A stretch of 64,000 nt of DNA from a virus. The notes beneath the pieces are model-generated. The model was not told where the DNA came from, made no database searches, and saw only the letters and a program-made list of their open reading frames with translations. The stretch covers positions 32,001-96,000 of the IMG/VR virus record IMGVR_UViG_3300030098_006570; one strand, given 5' to 3'. Positions 63,682-64,000 of this stretch are shown here, piece after piece. Every line of letters starts with the position of its first letter. The first letter of the stretch is position 1. Made by a program: the position numbers and the translations under genes.

Positions 63682-64000
63682 TCTGATGGATGGGGGTGGC
63701 CCACCCTTTTTCTAGAAGAGGCCAGTATTTCTCCAAATCGCGTTTATAGTGAAAGGAGCCCACCGATTCATCTTGTTTGGTAGGCGCGATGGCTTGGCTG
63801 CGGATGGCGGGCCAGCTCTCTCTAAATAAGTTTTCCATCTCCACTCGCAGACGCCCATATGTTTTCTCAAGCGTGTCTTCCTCGGGCCCGAAGGTGACCT
63901 CTTTCTGGGCAAGGAGGTCGCCCGTATCGATTCCTTCATCGATGAAGTGAATGGAAACGCCCCGGGGGGTGTTGTCCAAGAAAGACCAAAAATTAGGATG
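63653..64000 (-). CDS. Sugar N-formyltransferase (3' part; runs off the window end)
   Basis: Frame open from the window end: HPNFWSFLDNTPRGVSIHFIDEGIDTGDLLAQ (formyl_trans_N motif). Confidence 0.85.
   Translation of the reverse strand, partial: HPNFWSFLDNTPRGVSIHFIDEGIDTGDLLAQKEVTFGPEEDTLEKTYGRLRVEMENLFRESWPAIRSQAIAPTKQDESVGSFHYKRDLEKYWPLLEKGWATPIHQIEGLRGTHS

Noticed and set aside
1-64000. Stop-codon reassignment (TAG or TGA), as seen in some large phages
   Set aside because: Coding density is near complete in code 11. TAG and TGA end genes at natural C-termini (e.g. RLDY-TAG, ATGA overlaps), and the downstream genes I checked are out of frame.
1-64000. tRNA, rRNA or tmRNA genes
   Set aside because: Intergenic gaps are short, and none showed a cloverleaf or T-loop pattern on manual inspection. 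tRNAscan-SE or ARAGORN would be decisive.

Overview
This window is a 64-kb segment of a large T4-like (jumbo/huge) myovirus genome in standard code 11. Almost every gene is on the minus strand. In transcription order (high to low coordinate) it contains: (1) the end of a nonulosonic-acid-type sugar cluster (formyltransferase, GNAT acetyltransferase, cytidylyltransferase); (2) a gp55-like late sigma factor; (3) a ~33-kb baseplate module (OB-fold+GH24 lysozyme, spike, 1878-aa protein, gp25, gp6, 3269-aa LamG protein, several wedge/peripheral proteins); (4) RuvC and primase; (5) a cassette of four small proteins sharing an N-terminal MKI[TS]xxxLxx[IM]I[KQ]E leader; (6) a single-chain Mre11-Rad50 (SbcD-SbcC) fusion; (7) a lone plus-strand J-domain gene; (8) a holin/spanin-like trio; (9) large terminase, portal and prohead protease; (10) phage-encoded ribosomal protein bS21; (11) a fibre cluster; (12) the scaffold and the 5' part of the gp23-like major capsid gene, which the ORF track missed. 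Three candidate systems stand out, all inferred. First, a capsid cargo-addressing code: an N-terminal leader ending at a protease-type Glu site, plus a C-terminal DRMxxLAG motif shared with the scaffold. Second, strong enrichment of [ST]-[GAS]-S tripeptides in outer virion proteins, in a genome with a CMP-nonulosonate pathway, suggesting virion O-glycosylation. Third, a late promoter motif (CTAnTTAT) that reads as the reverse complement of the T4 late promoter. I found no tRNA, rRNA, CRISPR array, intron or intein by eye. All family assignments come from motif recognition, not database searches.
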